DNA of 63,789 bases, filler included, from Choristocarpus tenellus KU-1152 (GCA_964200185.2; 13 parts of 13 records of this genome joined end to end with filler, not necessarily neighbours in it), one strand, 5' to 3'. Numbered from the whole stretch's first letter, positions 36,638-50,559 are shown. The notes: generated by a model not told the origin, from the sequence alone. Translations and numbers: made by a program.

Positions 36638-37637
36638 AGAAGCTTCATGGATAGGATGGAAACGCTTACGAGCGCTTTTATTAATGATGTTTGTGTGTTA
36701 ATGCTCATCTCCCGCCTCGCCATAAGGAGAGAGAATACTGTATGTACCTTCTACCTCNNNNNNNNNNNNNNNNNNNNNNNNNNNNNNNNNNNNNNNNNNN
36801 NTTAATTAATTAANNNNNNNNNNNNNNNNNNNNNNNNNNNNNNNNNNNNNNNNNNNNGGGGGGGTGTGGTGTGGTGGTTGGGGCGGGGGGGTGGGGGAGG
36901 GGGGGGGGGTGGGGGGGGGGGGTGTGGGGGGGGGGGGGGGATGCTTATTCAGCGAGGTCGTCTGGACATGTCTGTGTTTGGTTGAACAGGTACAAGGAAA
37001 AGGACGATTGCTGGCAGAGCTAGCCACCGTTAGTAAGCAGGCACTGCACTTGTGGAAGGGTTGACTCATCTCGCACACTCTTTTGACAATGGTTAGCTCT
37101 TGTGTATGCCTGAATGCTCTGCTAATGCTTCTTAACGCGGTAGTCCTTTCCTTTGATCAGGATCAGCAATCATAGTTAAGTGGCGTGGCAAGCCCATTTT
37201 TATACGGAAGCGGACAGAGGAGGAGATAGCCGTGGTATGTACAGAGGCATTGTTTGGACAACTTTTTGTGTTTGTTTGGAGTGGGGGAGGGGAGGGGAGG
37301 GGAGGGGGGTAGTTTTCTTTTTCTTTTTTGAGGGAGTTGGTTGGTTTCGTTACACTTCTGTGAGAAGAGGTTGGCGTTCTAACTTGCCTTGCATGAAGTA
37401 ATATTTGATACATTGCCTGGCTGCAAAGAATGATATATATATATATATACATGTAGATGTGTGTGTGGGTTTTTTTTTTTTTAAGATTAGTTATTGTAGT
37501 AGAAGCGTTCGTTGACTTGAGAAAATTATTTGTTGCAAGAACGCACAGCTGCTACTGCAACACATGTATAAAAGTACGCATCAGTGTCCAAATATTTTGC
37601 CGGGTTTTTTTTTCTTTTTTAATATTTATTATTTCAG

Positions 37638-37798
37638 GAGGATGCGGTGAACATGGAAGACCTCCGTGACCCAGAGTCAGACTACGATCGATACATCAAG
37701 CCTCAATACGTGCTTGTCCTTGGCATCTGCACTCACCTGGGGTGCGTGCCCGTCAGCAACGCCGGGGAATACAACGGTTGGTTCTGCCCCTGCCATGG
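37638..37798 (+). CDS. UQCRFS1: Mitochondrial cytochrome bc1 Rieske iron-sulfur protein, internal exon
   Basis: atttcag|[54 protein letters not shown]|gtgaga. Both Rieske boxes (CTHLGC, CPCHG) plus the LRDP motif of the mitochondrial type. Missed by the ORF track. Confidence 0.95.
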
Positions 37799-40452
37799 GT
37801 GAGATGACTATTTTTATTGGTTATGTTCCTCTTTAGATCTCGGTTTCAAGAGTGTAGATGTTACCGGTGAAGGGGAACGAACACGTGGATGGATAGTGAT
37901 ACGGCGTTGGCAGTTTTTAACGGTAAAATAGTGAGAGAGAAAAAAACGTAGTGACCACAGTAGGAAGTATTTACGCTATGTGTATATATGATGTATTGTG
38001 TACCATAGTATTGTGTATTATTGGAGGTATAACTTGTATTGTCAAAAGCTGATCCGCTAGTCCGATGACGGTGGGAATCTCTGATTTGTTGTTGAAGTTG
38101 GTGGGCTGCTTGGGGGGGGGGGGGGGGTTGGTAAAATTTATTTTCCTGTGTGGTATCCTGGGAAGCACCGTGTTCCATGAACATACGCTATGTTCCAAAA
38201 ATGATTTATTTATTTATTTTGCTTACGCTAAAGATTCCACTGGTGGTGTGATTAGCACGCAGGGGTACGGATTCCAAAGTATTTAAAAAAAATTGTATGT
38301 CACATTGAAAAAAAAAAATTAATTACTGCCTTTTTTTTTCTTGGATCTTCAGGGCGAATACTCTTGATGGAAAAGGTTGTATTGGATGGGGGGCGGAGCT
38401 AAAAGGAGAGCATTTGAAGTCGAGTTGTTTCGATGAAATGGACTTGGGTATTTTTCTTTTGGGGGGGGGGGATGCGTGCATTTTGTAATCTGAAAAAACA
38501 ATATGTAAGATTATGAACAGGCGAGAAACAATCCAACAGTATTTTTAGATACGATAGGTTACTTCTGAGCACAACTGTAAACTCCATTATTATTATTATT
38601 ATTATTTGTGTTTTCAGTGTAAAATACAGTAAATTGAGTCGTCGGTTCGGAGCCAGTTTTGATTTTTTGTGGCATGAGTAAGAATGAAACGTTTAGCGGC
38701 ATTGGGGGGGGGGTTGTTTTACCGGTAGGGGTAAAATGTATAGCGTTGCACCATTCCATCGACCTCCGATTTCTTACAGGGAGGAAGTCAGAATTTTTCC
38801 AGAAAATAAGTAGGTGGGTCTGCCCTGACGGATCACCCCTGATTTAAAAATCTGGTGTCGGGGCCCTTCGTATTTATATTTTTGTTTTTGTGTGTGAATA
38901 TCGCACATCTCCTAAGAGTAAATTAAATAGCGTTGGTGTGTGACTCTGGAAGAAAAAGGCAAAACATTTTTTTTTTATAAAGAAGTGTATTGTTGGTTAC
39001 AACCAGATCTGCCTGTTGGTTTATGTGTATTGCATGACCCACAGGAATAAAAAAGAAAATTCATTTCATAAGCCCTTACGGGGAAGGAAAAAAAACAAAA
39101 AACGATTGCATACCTGAGTGTGGGTGTGTATGTGTGCTAAGCTAATTTGAAAGGGCTTTTGTACGTCTACAACAGCGCCGGGGTGGGGGGGGGGGTCTGT
39201 GACTGCACTGATTTTGATGAGAGTGTGGCGCCATGAGAACATACTCTGAGCATCGAATTGGGTTTGCCCTCGTGATTGCTATCGCCCCTTTTTGTCCGGG
39301 AAGTGTTTTTTTCTTTGTGCGTTGCAATAATGTTGTGAGTGTTGAAAAAGTGCTTCTTAGGGATTTAAACAAGTGCGTGTGCGGAGGGAGGGTGGGCTGC
39401 ATGTGATATCGGGAATAAAAGGGGTTGTTGTTGTTGTTCTTATGTGCGATATGAAGTGTGAGAAGTTTTAGGAGGTGCGATTTGCTGACTTCGCTCCAAG
39501 TTTTTTGCGGGTGTGATTATGAAGGAAGAGGAAGAGCGTTTGGCGCAAGAGAGCACACAGCGTAAGTAAACTCTGCGAGAGCACCAGGGGGTTCGGGGAG
39601 GGGGGGAAGAAAAGGGGTTTGAACCGGAACCCACTTTTTTGTTTCGGTTTTGATCACTTTGTGTGTTATGTGTCTGTGTGTGTTACTCGATCAGTTACTT
39701 TTTGTTGTGTTAATTCTAGTTAGTAGGGTTTCAGTTTAGCAGGCGGGGTACAGCATACAATTAAGAAAAAACAAAGTTGACGTTGTGTAACTGAATTGCT
39801 TTTACCGTTTTGTGGGGGGGTATGTGTCATTGTCATTGCATCGTACCCCTCCGCCCACTGCTGATTTCCAAGACTACAGAAAAAGGGGGGGGGGGGGGGT
39901 AAGTTTCTGGTTCAGTCGGCAGTTGATGTGGGAAGGGTTCTATTTTTTTTTTTTTTTTTAAACGTGTGGAGNNNNNNNNNNNNNNNNNNNNNNNNNNNNN
40001 NNNNNNNNNNNNNNNTTAATTAATTAANNNNNNNNNNNNNNNNNNNNNNNNNNNNNNNNNNNNNNNNNNNNGAGAAAACAAAAAGAAAAAAAAGAAGAAA
40101 GGAAGAGTAAAAAAGGGGGGGGGGGGGGGGGGGGGGGGGGGGGATGAAATTATTCGCCAAGTTGAGAACCAAATAGAACGGGGACAAAAATACTGTGGTT
40201 CGAGTAAAATGAGATCTGGAGGAGGGAAGCGGTGATTTCGCGAGCAAAATAGATTGGAACAGGGAGGTGAAGATGAAATTCTGTGCATCCACTGTTTAGT
40301 GAAAGAATTGTCCTCGTTGGCTGTTGATAATGTAAATCTGCGACTGTACTATGGGCCTTTCTTCTGAAAGAAATCAGAGTGACATCCAGCCTAGCTACAG
40401 AACAGAACCGGCTGTCACTATTTCAGGGATGAGGGGAGGTCTTTGGTCTAAC

Positions 40453-41434
40453 CTCCGGAATGGAATGCCATCGATAATCAGATTATACTCCTCAAAATTG
40501 ATCTCAACACGAACCAGGTGCAAGCCGCTGGGCCAGGAGAAGTTCCACTCCTTGCTTACCTAAAATATTTAGGAGTGGCACGGATGGCGGGGGGTGGGAA
40601 ACGAGCTTTTTTTGGGGGGTAACACAAAGTAGTAGCAGAGGAGGACTATCGAATTGTGTGTAAAAGGAAATCAATGTCCCTCGGTTTGCTCTTTTCAAGT
40701 GGTATCCTTCAGCACGACTCCGTCCCCTTCAGCGGTTCACACTGATGACCGAGATTGGATTATGACATAGTCAGCAGGTCCACAGGATGAGAGTCTTGTA
40801 TAGTTGTGCAGCACCTTCGAATATACGTGCATACGAAAACCAAAGGGGTACACATAGAGTGCTTTGTGAGAAGGGGTAGGTTACGCCAGCCGCCCGCCCA
40901 TACCGTCACCTTTTGAGTCTCGTGGATCATTTCTCCATTGAAAAACAGCTTCTTCTTGCCACTCATAACGGAGTGCACTAGAGTGACCTGCAACGAACAG
41001 GGAGGAGTGACGGGATCAATCGATTATATGTGCGGTCGGGAGGGGGTGGAGCAACACTTATAGACTAAGCGTAGGACGGTCATAATATAACAGGCAGGTT
41101 GATGACCAACAACCCCCCACACTAAAACCACGAGTAAAGGTTCGTAGGGAGCAAGGGCCCCGAAAACTTCCTTCAGCATGCACCACTGTACTTGTGAGAA
41201 GAGCAAACAACATGGGTTGAATTGAAGCTCCCTTAACACCCGCACCTCATGCTCTCCACCATCATCCCCAAAGCAGAACTTCCACCTGGCCCTTTTTTTG
41301 CTGCTCTCTACATTTCTCCCAACATTGTTGATCTCGAAGTAGACCTGGTAAGGTATCTCCAGCTGCCGCTCCGCATATACGTCCCGGGGATGTGCCCCCA
41401 TGTAGGAACGATCGGAGTCCACCCTCCTGCTCAT
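40453..41434 (-). CDS. FAIM1-domain (Fas apoptotic inhibitory molecule-like) beta-sandwich protein, 5' exons
   Basis: Exons 41434-41246, 40987-40910, 40559-40453 give ...RWKFCFGDDGGEHEVTLVHSVMSGKKKLFFNGEMIHE...WNFSW...VRVEINFEEYNLIIDGIPF, the FAIM pattern W.F....H.V.L.H...SGK......G...Y.L.IDG..F. Confidence 0.75.
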
Positions 41435-41863
41435 CGCTGGGCTGGAGGGTGAAAGAGATAGTTCCAGTCAGTGTGACGAGGTGACGAAAGAAGTCTTCGG
41501 CTTTTCTAGTTAATGTTGGGAGACAATTTTCCATTTTTCCAAAAAGAATTCTGGTGTAAAGGCGAACAGCATGACGCCTCCGGGGGCAAACCCCGACTGT
41601 CTATTTCAGGAAGGTAGAGAGGTCAGCCGTGGGGCGTTCCTTGTACGGGAACGGAGTGGGGAAATCGCTGCGCCCTGTTCATTGCTAGGGGCGGAGGGGG
41701 GGGGGGGGGGGGAGGTCAAATTTGTATTTGGCAAGCTCAAACACTTTAGATTGCGCCACCGTCATTGCCAGAGGGGAGGGGGATTGCACGATATCCCCCA
41801 GCCCCTTCCGCCTAAGTCGTTCGACAACGGGCGACCCCATCCAAATCTGGCTTTGGACGCAAC

Positions 41864-43523
41864 ATGAGGAAGAATAGCTACGCAAGTCCTGTGCAGTCCA
41901 CCAGTGGACCATTGGACGTTTCCGACTATGGGTCCTCGGGTGGAAGGGCATCGAGCTTTGGCATACCTGGAGGTCTTGCGGTTAGCGGAGCAATGGGACC
42001 AGTACCTGCAGCTCCTGGAACTGACGGAGACCATAGATCGAGTAGGGGAAAAAAAACAGTGTTCAAGGACTGGAAACGAAGGTGAGAAAGGTCGGGGAGG
42101 GGGGTCGTGTTTGGACACTTTCGGGGGTACATTTCCCTATCACTCTCAGGACCGTTGGAGAGGTTAAGGACTGCATTGTTCACCTTCTGAAAATGGTTGA
42201 AGTTAGTCGGCTTTCGTTGAGTCCCGAAGAACCTCAGTGCAGTATTGGAGGGTCACGTTTGAAACAGCTGGGAGCTCGTACGGAGTCGGGTAATGTTGAG
42301 CTTCGTTGAAAGATGAGATTCGATTGCATCAGTGTTGAGTTAGGGTGGCTTTGTGGGTGATGGGCGGAAGGCTTTAGAGGCAGGCGGACGACACAATCCA
42401 GTACTTTGTTGTGGTGCTGATATTTCGACCTTGGTCGAGCGCACCCTTCTATACTACCCAGCTGCCCAGTATGAGACGCCAAAGCATCGAATAAACGAGG
42501 TCACAAACGTGTAGTTACAGCCCCGGTTAGTTTGGGAACACGTATGCTTGCTCAGTATTTAAAGGCAAAGGATATGCAAAGAGCTGGTGAGTCTTGTGCC
42601 CTTCCTGGTCGGGTTGCCACCTCAAAGGACACCCAGAGTCCCAATTTTTTCCGTTTGTTTTTTTCACCTGTGCAGAGTGGGAGAAAAGGCTATTCAGAAA
42701 ATAAGACTCGTGGCACCAAGCCGCGACGAAAACACGGGAGATGTAGAAGGGCCATTGCAGGGCTTCACTCAAATGAAGGAAGGACTGAAGGAAATACAGA
42801 CGCAGGTAAGAAAAGCTTGCAGGAGGTAGTGCGCCGAGGCTACGGTAGGTGGGTTTTGACACGTATTTTTCTTTCAGGCCAGGGTGTTGATAAATGTGGT
42901 GGTGTGTAGGAGGCACGTACGTGGTTTCTGAATGTGGCTCCATGAGGCTACATTCAGCGCAAGGGCGGTTTTCGATCAGTTACGTACCTTTGTCAGTTTG
43001 GAAAGAGACAGTATGTCGCACATGTAATAAACATCCATGTACGCCAACATGTTAGATTTTTTAGGGCCACAGTTGTTTTGTAATGGAGGGGTTGATATTC
43101 CTAGGATCTACATTTTGTATTGTGTGATTGCGTGCACCAAGCCTCTACGCCTCAGCTCTCTCTCCAATACGTAGCAGTTTGATTTTCCACCAACAACAGT
43201 TGAAAGTCGTGCTGTTGTGATGTGGTCATTCTTCAGCACTAACGAGGTTGGGATCTTGCCCTGCTTATGGCGAGTTCAACTCTTATGGAAGTAAGTATTG
43301 ATGATCTGCACCCTAAGCATACAGTTGTACAGAGGCGTGAGATGAGTACTTCTCGCTGTTGGCTAGGTTCAGCGCGAAAGATCTAGAGCACAAGAAAAAT
43401 GCTTTTATTTTGAAAATCTTGCTCAATCTTACGTACTGAGCTTACCTTATCTACATACAGGTCCGACTATAACCCCCCCCCCCCAGCTATTATACGCCAC
43501 CAACATTCATGCAACTCCTTGAG
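41864..43523 (+). CDS. Hypothetical multi-exon gene divergent from the FAIM-like gene
   Basis: Candidate exons 41864-42081 (AG|gtgaga), ~42150-42201, ~42556-42586, ~42678-42805 (CAG|gtaaga), ~43179-43270, ~43461-43523. One junction needs a non-first AG. No known domain. Confidence 0.35.
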
Positions 43524-44565
43524 CCCACCAAGTACCCCCGACCCCGCCTATCACACAGCTGTGCCAATTACCTGCGCCTCAACTACCCCCCCTTTTTTTT
43601 AATGGTTGAGTGATTAATTTTTATCAAAAGATACGTAAGGGCAGTGTTCAATGTAGTCTTGTGGTGGCTGAACTAGTTGGAATGTGATTTGGATACTAAC
43701 TGATCCTAAAGTGGGCATTGATTGTATTTTATTTTTTAGTTTGAGTTCAAGTTGGAAGTGGAGGAGGATTTTTGTTTTGTCTGAGGTCAGATATATATAT
43801 ATATATGTTATTGTTTCAGTCCACAAATATAGATGATAGGTTTGAGGTGTATTTCAGGTAGAAACGTGCTGTTGAACTGTATATACTACTCAAGTAGTTC
43901 ACTGTTTAGTCTGTATCATTTTTGGGGTTCACAGGTGGTTTAGATTTTCTGGGTTATGGCCACCATCGACAGGTATATATTGTACAATGGTTGATAGAGT
44001 GAGCCATCCTGTACCTTTTGAGGGGTCAAGGTATACCTGTTTTGTTATTGTAGTGGATGTAAGGTGTGAAGAATATGTTTGGTTGTGTATGTATTGAACA
44101 CTCAACTCTTGCACTGGAGCTTCTCTAGCGTATCAATGTGTTTCTATTATTGTATCTTGTTTGTTTTTTTTGTTAAAAAAAATGAAGAATGGAGAGTGGA
44201 ATTATTGAGGGAAAACAAGTTCTCGTTTAGAAAGAGAAAAAGTATAATAGCCCTGACACTAACCCTGGTGCCAAGAAGTACTTAGTAGTCTTCAAAAATC
44301 GTTGTGATAGTGTGAAAATTGAACCCAAGTAATTCAATTCAAGTGGAACAAATTGACCACAAAGCGATAACCAGAAAGAAAGGTCTTTACTTCTTGGTTG
44401 GCCTGTTGTATCATTGGACTACATTTTTTTTGTTTTTTACGGGTGGGCGGGGGGGGGGGGGGGGGGGGGTTGTTTAATAACTTTTTTAACTGTGGGGGAT
44501 TGTTTTTTTTTTTTTTTTTTGTTTTGTTTTTTTTTGGTTGTTGGTTTTGTTTTTTTTGTTTTGGT

Positions 44566-44601
<36 letters not shown>

Positions 44602-45949
44602 GGTTGCTTAACAACTTTTTTAACAGGTGGAGAATGTTTTTTTTATTTGTCTTTCTAATACTGTTGTTGCCGTTGTACGCACTGTAATAATTTTTGTAGT
44701 AAGATATATAATGATAATAATACCATTAATGTTATTTATTGTTACTATTTTTTTTTTCCTTAGGCATCGGAGTGGTGTTCCATCAGTACCGCGCGCCAGA
44801 AAGTTCCATTTTTTTTTTTTAGTCCAGATTTTTTTTCAACNNNNNNNNNNNNNNNNNNNNNNNNNNNNNNNNNNNNNNNNNNNNTTAATTAATTAANNNN
44901 NNNNNNNNNNNNNNNNNNNNNNNNNNNNNNNNNNNNNNNNGGAGGAGCTCTCCCTTGTTATCTAATTCATTCGTCATCAAACACGTCAGAGATATGTTTA
45001 AACATGTTTGTGACAGTTACACTACGTCAGTCGCTTGTAAGTTCAAGTTACATTACTTCATTCACTTTTACACTATAAACCATATAGACTACTAGTCTAT
45101 ATTGCATAAAAAGTATGGTACCAGTGGTCAACACACACAAAAAGAACTCAACTACCAACTACCCTTGTACAAGTGAACCTTCCACAAAATTAGAGCATGG
45201 CCTGGGACTGTGCAAAGTCTTGGCATCTCATTCCACACACCTAACAGACGTTGTATACCATGTAGGGTTAGGGTTACTCTCCTTCCAATGACTTGTAGGG
45301 TTAGGGTTACCCTGGCTGAGGAGAAGAGACCCAGCTGAACCTAGGATGAACTTTAGCGTGGCAAGGGTTAACACCATTTCAAAAACGACCTACTAATGCC
45401 TTAGGAGTTTTCTGAGATCTTCTGAAGTGGTAAAAGATGGGTCACCTGCCTAATAATTCTTTACTACTGTACCCCCTGAGTCGCATCCTTTAATCTTAAT
45501 AGGAACAAATGAGAGCTATTGCACAATTTGATAAGTCTCTCATATATATAGCTCACCAACATTCTTTGACAGCAACTGTTACATATTACAAGAATACTCT
45601 TCAATACAAACTTAGGGTTAGGGTTAGGGTTAGGGACAGCATCTTCATAACGTGCGAGAATGTTCAAGGGCTGAGCTGCTTGATATAATAAAGCGTTTGA
45701 TATAGCGCAGACTTAAAAGCATAAGCAGAACATCAAATATATTTTTATTTATATTTTTGAGATCACATCCACCAATAAGAAGAAACCTAACCCTAACCCT
45801 AAGAAAACTCAATAAACAGATTTGTAAGAGCATGACAATTAAACAGTAAGAACAGCAACACCGAGAAACAAGTACAAATTTTCAAACTTTTTTTTTGTTT
45901 GCAAACCTCCCAAAATCAATGGGACTGAAAAAACAAGGTTCCCCCTCAC

Positions 45950-47287
45950 CTGCGAGAGCCAGTCTCCAAGGAGATAGATGACCACATTGATTAGTGTCTT
46001 GGTAAGGATGGGGTGCTCTATCAGCCCGACCTGTGGTGGGGTTAGGGCGAGGGTTGAGAAAAGGACAAACATTTAATGATTGGTGCGATTTTTGTTGCAT
46101 TTTGAACGGTTCTGTAGGGTTAGGGCTAGGGTTTGAAACTCTTGGAACAGACTCAACGAGGACAAGGGGTATGGCGGTAAGGCTTTCGTGAATGTTGGGC
46201 AATTACATGTCCGTAAGATTGAGGTTAGAGCTTGGGATATATTTTTGGAAGTGGGTCACTATAATTTTATCAAGGGCTAAGAATAAAATAGAGATACTGG
46301 CTCTAATTGTGGGTACTACGACAATAATAAATAAGAATCACAAATTTAATCTACTACTACAGGATACACAGGATCGAGCCCACCACATTAAAGGAACTGG
46401 GGGGGGAAAGGAACCGTGCACACACCTCGTAACTGTCCCAGTTGTCGTATGGGATGCGAAATAGTATTTCCTGTAACGTCCAACCCCTCCAGATATCAGA
46501 GTCTACTGTGGCCACGCAATGTGCAGTCCACAACCCTGCAGTCGTCAGAAGACACTTGAGGGGTTTCATACCAGCATGCAGCAGCAGTGGATACGAATCA
46601 GCATAAATGGTTAAGCTGGAGAGTCACAGATAGTTGTAATAATGCTCCATGCAAGACAGGGCGGTGGACAGACCCTGAGCAGGCACTCAAAAAGCAGGAT
46701 CCTCCAAAAAAGAGTTTCGCCATCCACGGGTAAACTCCGTAAATGAATTTTTCGCAGGTTGATCTTCGGTTATCCATTAAATAAGTTACCTAATCATTGT
46801 CTCCACTCCTCACCAAGTTAAGGAGTCCCTGCCCATCGATGCCCAAACTCCCATCAGCTCTCCTCTTCACAGGGATCAGTTCTTGAGCCGCCGCCCTAAC
46901 CCCTTCCCCCACCTTGCCCATTAACATCTCCAGGTTAGTCTGTCCAAAATCCCACTCTTTTACTTCTTCCTCTATCTCAAGCACTTCTCTTCCTTGGCCC
47001 ATTATCTCCACATCCACTTCCCCTTCCGCCTCAAAGATTCTCTTCCCAGTTACTTGTTGGCTTTCCCTCTCCACATCCACAACACCAGCGTAAACAATGT
47101 CCCTAGAGAGGCGCCGGCAAGAAGCCACGCCTCTTACCTCTTCAACCCTCGTCACATGATATTGGCATTGCTGACTTGGCAACGGCGTGTTCCTGATTGT
47201 GTTTGGACAAGAGGACAAGAATGCCTTCGTGGTAGATACGACTAGAGCGACCGACGCAGACCTCGCTGCATGTCGAGTCAGGTGCAT
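45950..47287 (-). CDS. Plastid-targeted Mpv17/PMP22 family membrane protein, 5' exons
   Basis: Exon 47287-46814: signal peptide + TKA|FLS ASAFAP-like transit. Exon 46554-46426: WRGWTLQEILFRIPYDNWDSYE. Exon 46030-45950: LIEHPILTKTLINVVIYLLGDWLSQ, the Mpv17 TM1 signature. Confidence 0.88.
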
Positions 47288-47673
47288 GGTAGGCAAATTT
47301 TCACGTAACTCAGATGAAAATAAGAAGGGGGAAAGCACCGAGGTGGGACAGATTGGCCAGCATGCCAGCAAGGCACCTAAGCGTTTGGTCGACAGCTGCA
47401 ATTTACGGTAAGACTACTAGTGTTGAAGTTTGAATTGTTTGTATTTGTCCCGAGAAATCGGGTGATCGTGAGCAGAGAAAATATGGAATATCGAATATCG
47501 AATATCGAATATCAAGTATCAAAGTACATATGCCACAACAATATTTCGAATGTTGCGAGTTAGTGTGAGGTCCCTTTGCGTGTTTCTCTCCTGACTTAGA
47601 GGGGAGCCTTCCACTTTCGAAGAGGAAGTGGAACAATACTGAAGACTGCTGGAGCTTGGAGACGACTGCCAAA

Positions 47674-49468
47674 ATGCAAAAAGTTTTTCGGATCTTCTTC
47701 ACTGGCTTCTTCGTTGTTCATACTCTAATTACAGGTTCGTCGTTGGTTAAAGAAAGATCTCGGTCATGGCTTGGGCGTACCCACCGCAAAGTGTTCCCAT
47801 CCTCAAACCCATGGATACTAACTCGATAAAAACAACCATTTTGATGGACGTACAGGTCTTATCGATATCCAGGGACTACCCTTTGGTGATCGCTTCCCTG
47901 GTGTACTGCAAGATCTCGTGACGGTATGACTCAATTTTCTATGAGTAGAGGAACGTCAAACTCCCCCATTATCCTCGCATCACTGCTTCCATGCCTAGTG
48001 TAGTGTAGGGGTAGTTATTAAGGAGACAGGAAAGGTCATGATTCTCAAACTGGCTTATTGGTAATGGCTGAGATCTGTGTTGCTTTTTTCCTTCCACAAG
48101 AAGGATGTTAGTGGTGATCTTGACATGGGCCGCATATACATTGGTGTCTTTTGCAATGCAAAGGAATCTCTCTCTTAAATGGAAAATCTGACAGGTGTAT
48201 TGGATAGTTTACAAGCCTCCAACAGTACGGACTTGTAGAGAGAACTTATTGCGTTGCTGATTGGGTCATCTGTTCATCTGCATCACCGAATCTCTTCTCC
48301 CATCAACCCTATTTTTTTTAGCTTTTACATCTCCTAGATTGCGTCTACCGAGCCAATTATGTGGTTTGAATTGCATCTTCGTAAACAAACTCGGACGTTA
48401 TCTTGCCCAAAACCTCACAGCCAATGCCCCATGGTCAAGGTTACAACACCCATGCGCTACACATACTCACACTCTGCCAACAGTTTCATGTGGAGACAAA
48501 CAATGATCATCTAATGGAGAAGCCCCTACCGCCTTGGTTTGAGGCACTTATATGGATGGAGCTGTTTTTCCAGCTTCCGTTCTTCATTGTAGCCAGTGTC
48601 GCATTTGCAAAGGGCTGGAATTGGATAAGGATACCCTGCATCGTGTATGGGTCTAGTGCCTTCACCTCCATGATGCCCATACTTGGGTACACTTTAACCT
48701 CGGAAAGAATTAACGATGCCCAACGATTCAAACTAATTGGGATATGTGAGTTGACTCCTTCATTGTAGAGTTTAGAGGCAGGGACAAGGCAAATACTTTT
48801 TTTTTAATAGAAGGGGGTATGGAAGACTTGCAGGTTTACCCGCTGCAGAAAGTCGTGGTTGGATTTGGTTGAGGAGTAGATTGTACTTATAGCACGGACT
48901 AGGGATACTTTAGACTTATAAAGACAGTTGTTGTCTTCAATTCTACCAGTTCTGAACGCGTATCCAATCTTTGTAAGAGCAAGAGTGCAGCAAGACAGAC
49001 TTCTCATTCTTGTAAAATTCAGATTTTTTTCAAGTCATGCCATTTCAAGTTTTCTCTACCTGCCAGCATCTTCAACCACAGATATTGTTGCTTTTAGAGT
49101 TTTGTATAGAGGTATGGAGGGAGTAAAACTGAGTGGTGTAGAAGAATATCGTATGTCAGATGATGGCAATGGCACTTCCCTTGGTGTTGGAACCCCCTTC
49201 TTTTCTGCGTGATAGTCATGCACACAGGAAAGGTGCGTGAGTAAGTGGGTATGAAGAAATCCCCATATTTTCTTGTATTTGTACATTGACTGCAGAAATA
49301 TGGTATCCTCATCCCTCCTCCCTGCCACCCCCTGTCATGTTGATACCTCCAGATTCACCTTGGATTGTGTTGCCTTTGGTCCTGATTGTGCTGATGGGGA
49401 TGGATGAGAGGCCCTTTGGAGATGGAAAGGGGTTGGCATCAGGAGAATCATCCAAGAAGCGGTCATAG
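47674..49468 (+). CDS. TMEM97: TMEM97/sigma-2 receptor-like EXPERA domain ER membrane protein, complete 4-exon gene
   Basis: Exons 47674-47734, 47856-47923, 48484-48745, 49353-49468 with consistent phases. Motifs HTLITGLIDIQ, DHLM...PPWF...ELFFQLPFF, IVYG, IYSPW..LPL, and a C-terminal KKRS ER-retrieval signal. Confidence 0.92.
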
Positions 49469-50559
49469 TGCCTGGACAGTTGGGTTTGGAGGTGTGTGGG
49501 GAGCTTGATGAGACAGGCAATGTGATGTGCAAGAGTGATGGTCTCACTGTTGATTATTGCTGCCAGTGCAATGATGCTTCTCATGTGCTGTCCAGATATA
49601 CTTCTGTTGACTACGGCCTAGTGAGTGACCCCATCTGGGAGTGTGGTATAGGGGTAGTAGCGGTTGCAAAGCAAACATATCCTATTGTCTTATTGTGACA
49701 GGTACACTATTGTTATAATCGCAAAAGTGTTGCACTGTCCCCTGCCCGTATCCCTCAATGTTGTCATGACTCCTGTGGTAGACAACTTGACTGTATACTG
49801 TACTGCCGCCAAGAAGGCCATGCGATAATGGCATTTGCGGTCGAACTTGGGGGTAAGCAGTAGTTGGGGTGAGAGGATCTTCCCCTTCGCAAGTGGTATA
49901 AAAATGTAGCATGTTGAAACTCTTCCCTCTCCTGAAATATATTGGCAGCTTTGTAACGAAAAAGATGCCAATCTACAGAAACATAACAACACACCGCTAT
50001 TGAGTGCGTGTGCATATCTGCTTATGTGCATCTATGTGTGTGTTTTGTGTACATGGTTTTGTGTGTGTGCTATGCAGTGTATGGCCTGCTTCCTTCCATC
50101 TGTTTCTGGAGTGTCTTGATGATATTTAATGTTCTGTGTTTGTGATGTTGTTGCCATTGGTTCTGCAGCACCTAGCTGGTCGCTTACTTGTCAGGAGCAT
50201 TGAACGATTCTTCTTTGACAGCTGACTCTTCTGTTCAGTTGTGATCCAATAATATTGAGAGAGGACTGAAAATGTCTGAAAGAGTATGTATATTGTCCAT
50301 AACCTTTTTTGCTGCTTGAGCACCTTCACTAGCCCCTTAGTGGCTGATGGTTGCCTTCTGCGCCAATAGTTGCTTGCTGCGCCCCCACCAAGCATTTCCC
50401 AGCATTTTCTGGAAGTGTACAAGTAGTCGGATTCAAACCCCTCATTCGGTGGAGAAATTGATTTGTTACTTCATTTACTCTTCAGGATATGATGTATGTG
50501 TCATTGTAGGTCAGTGGTTAGGCACTGTCTTACTACTGTCGAATGTGTGGGTTTCAAAC

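Noticed and set aside
44398-44660. Gly/Phe-rich ORFs and ~130-bp duplication; similar poly-G ORFs at 36858-36940 and 40072-40143
   Set aside because: Homopolymer low-complexity sequence near contig ends with no coding signal.
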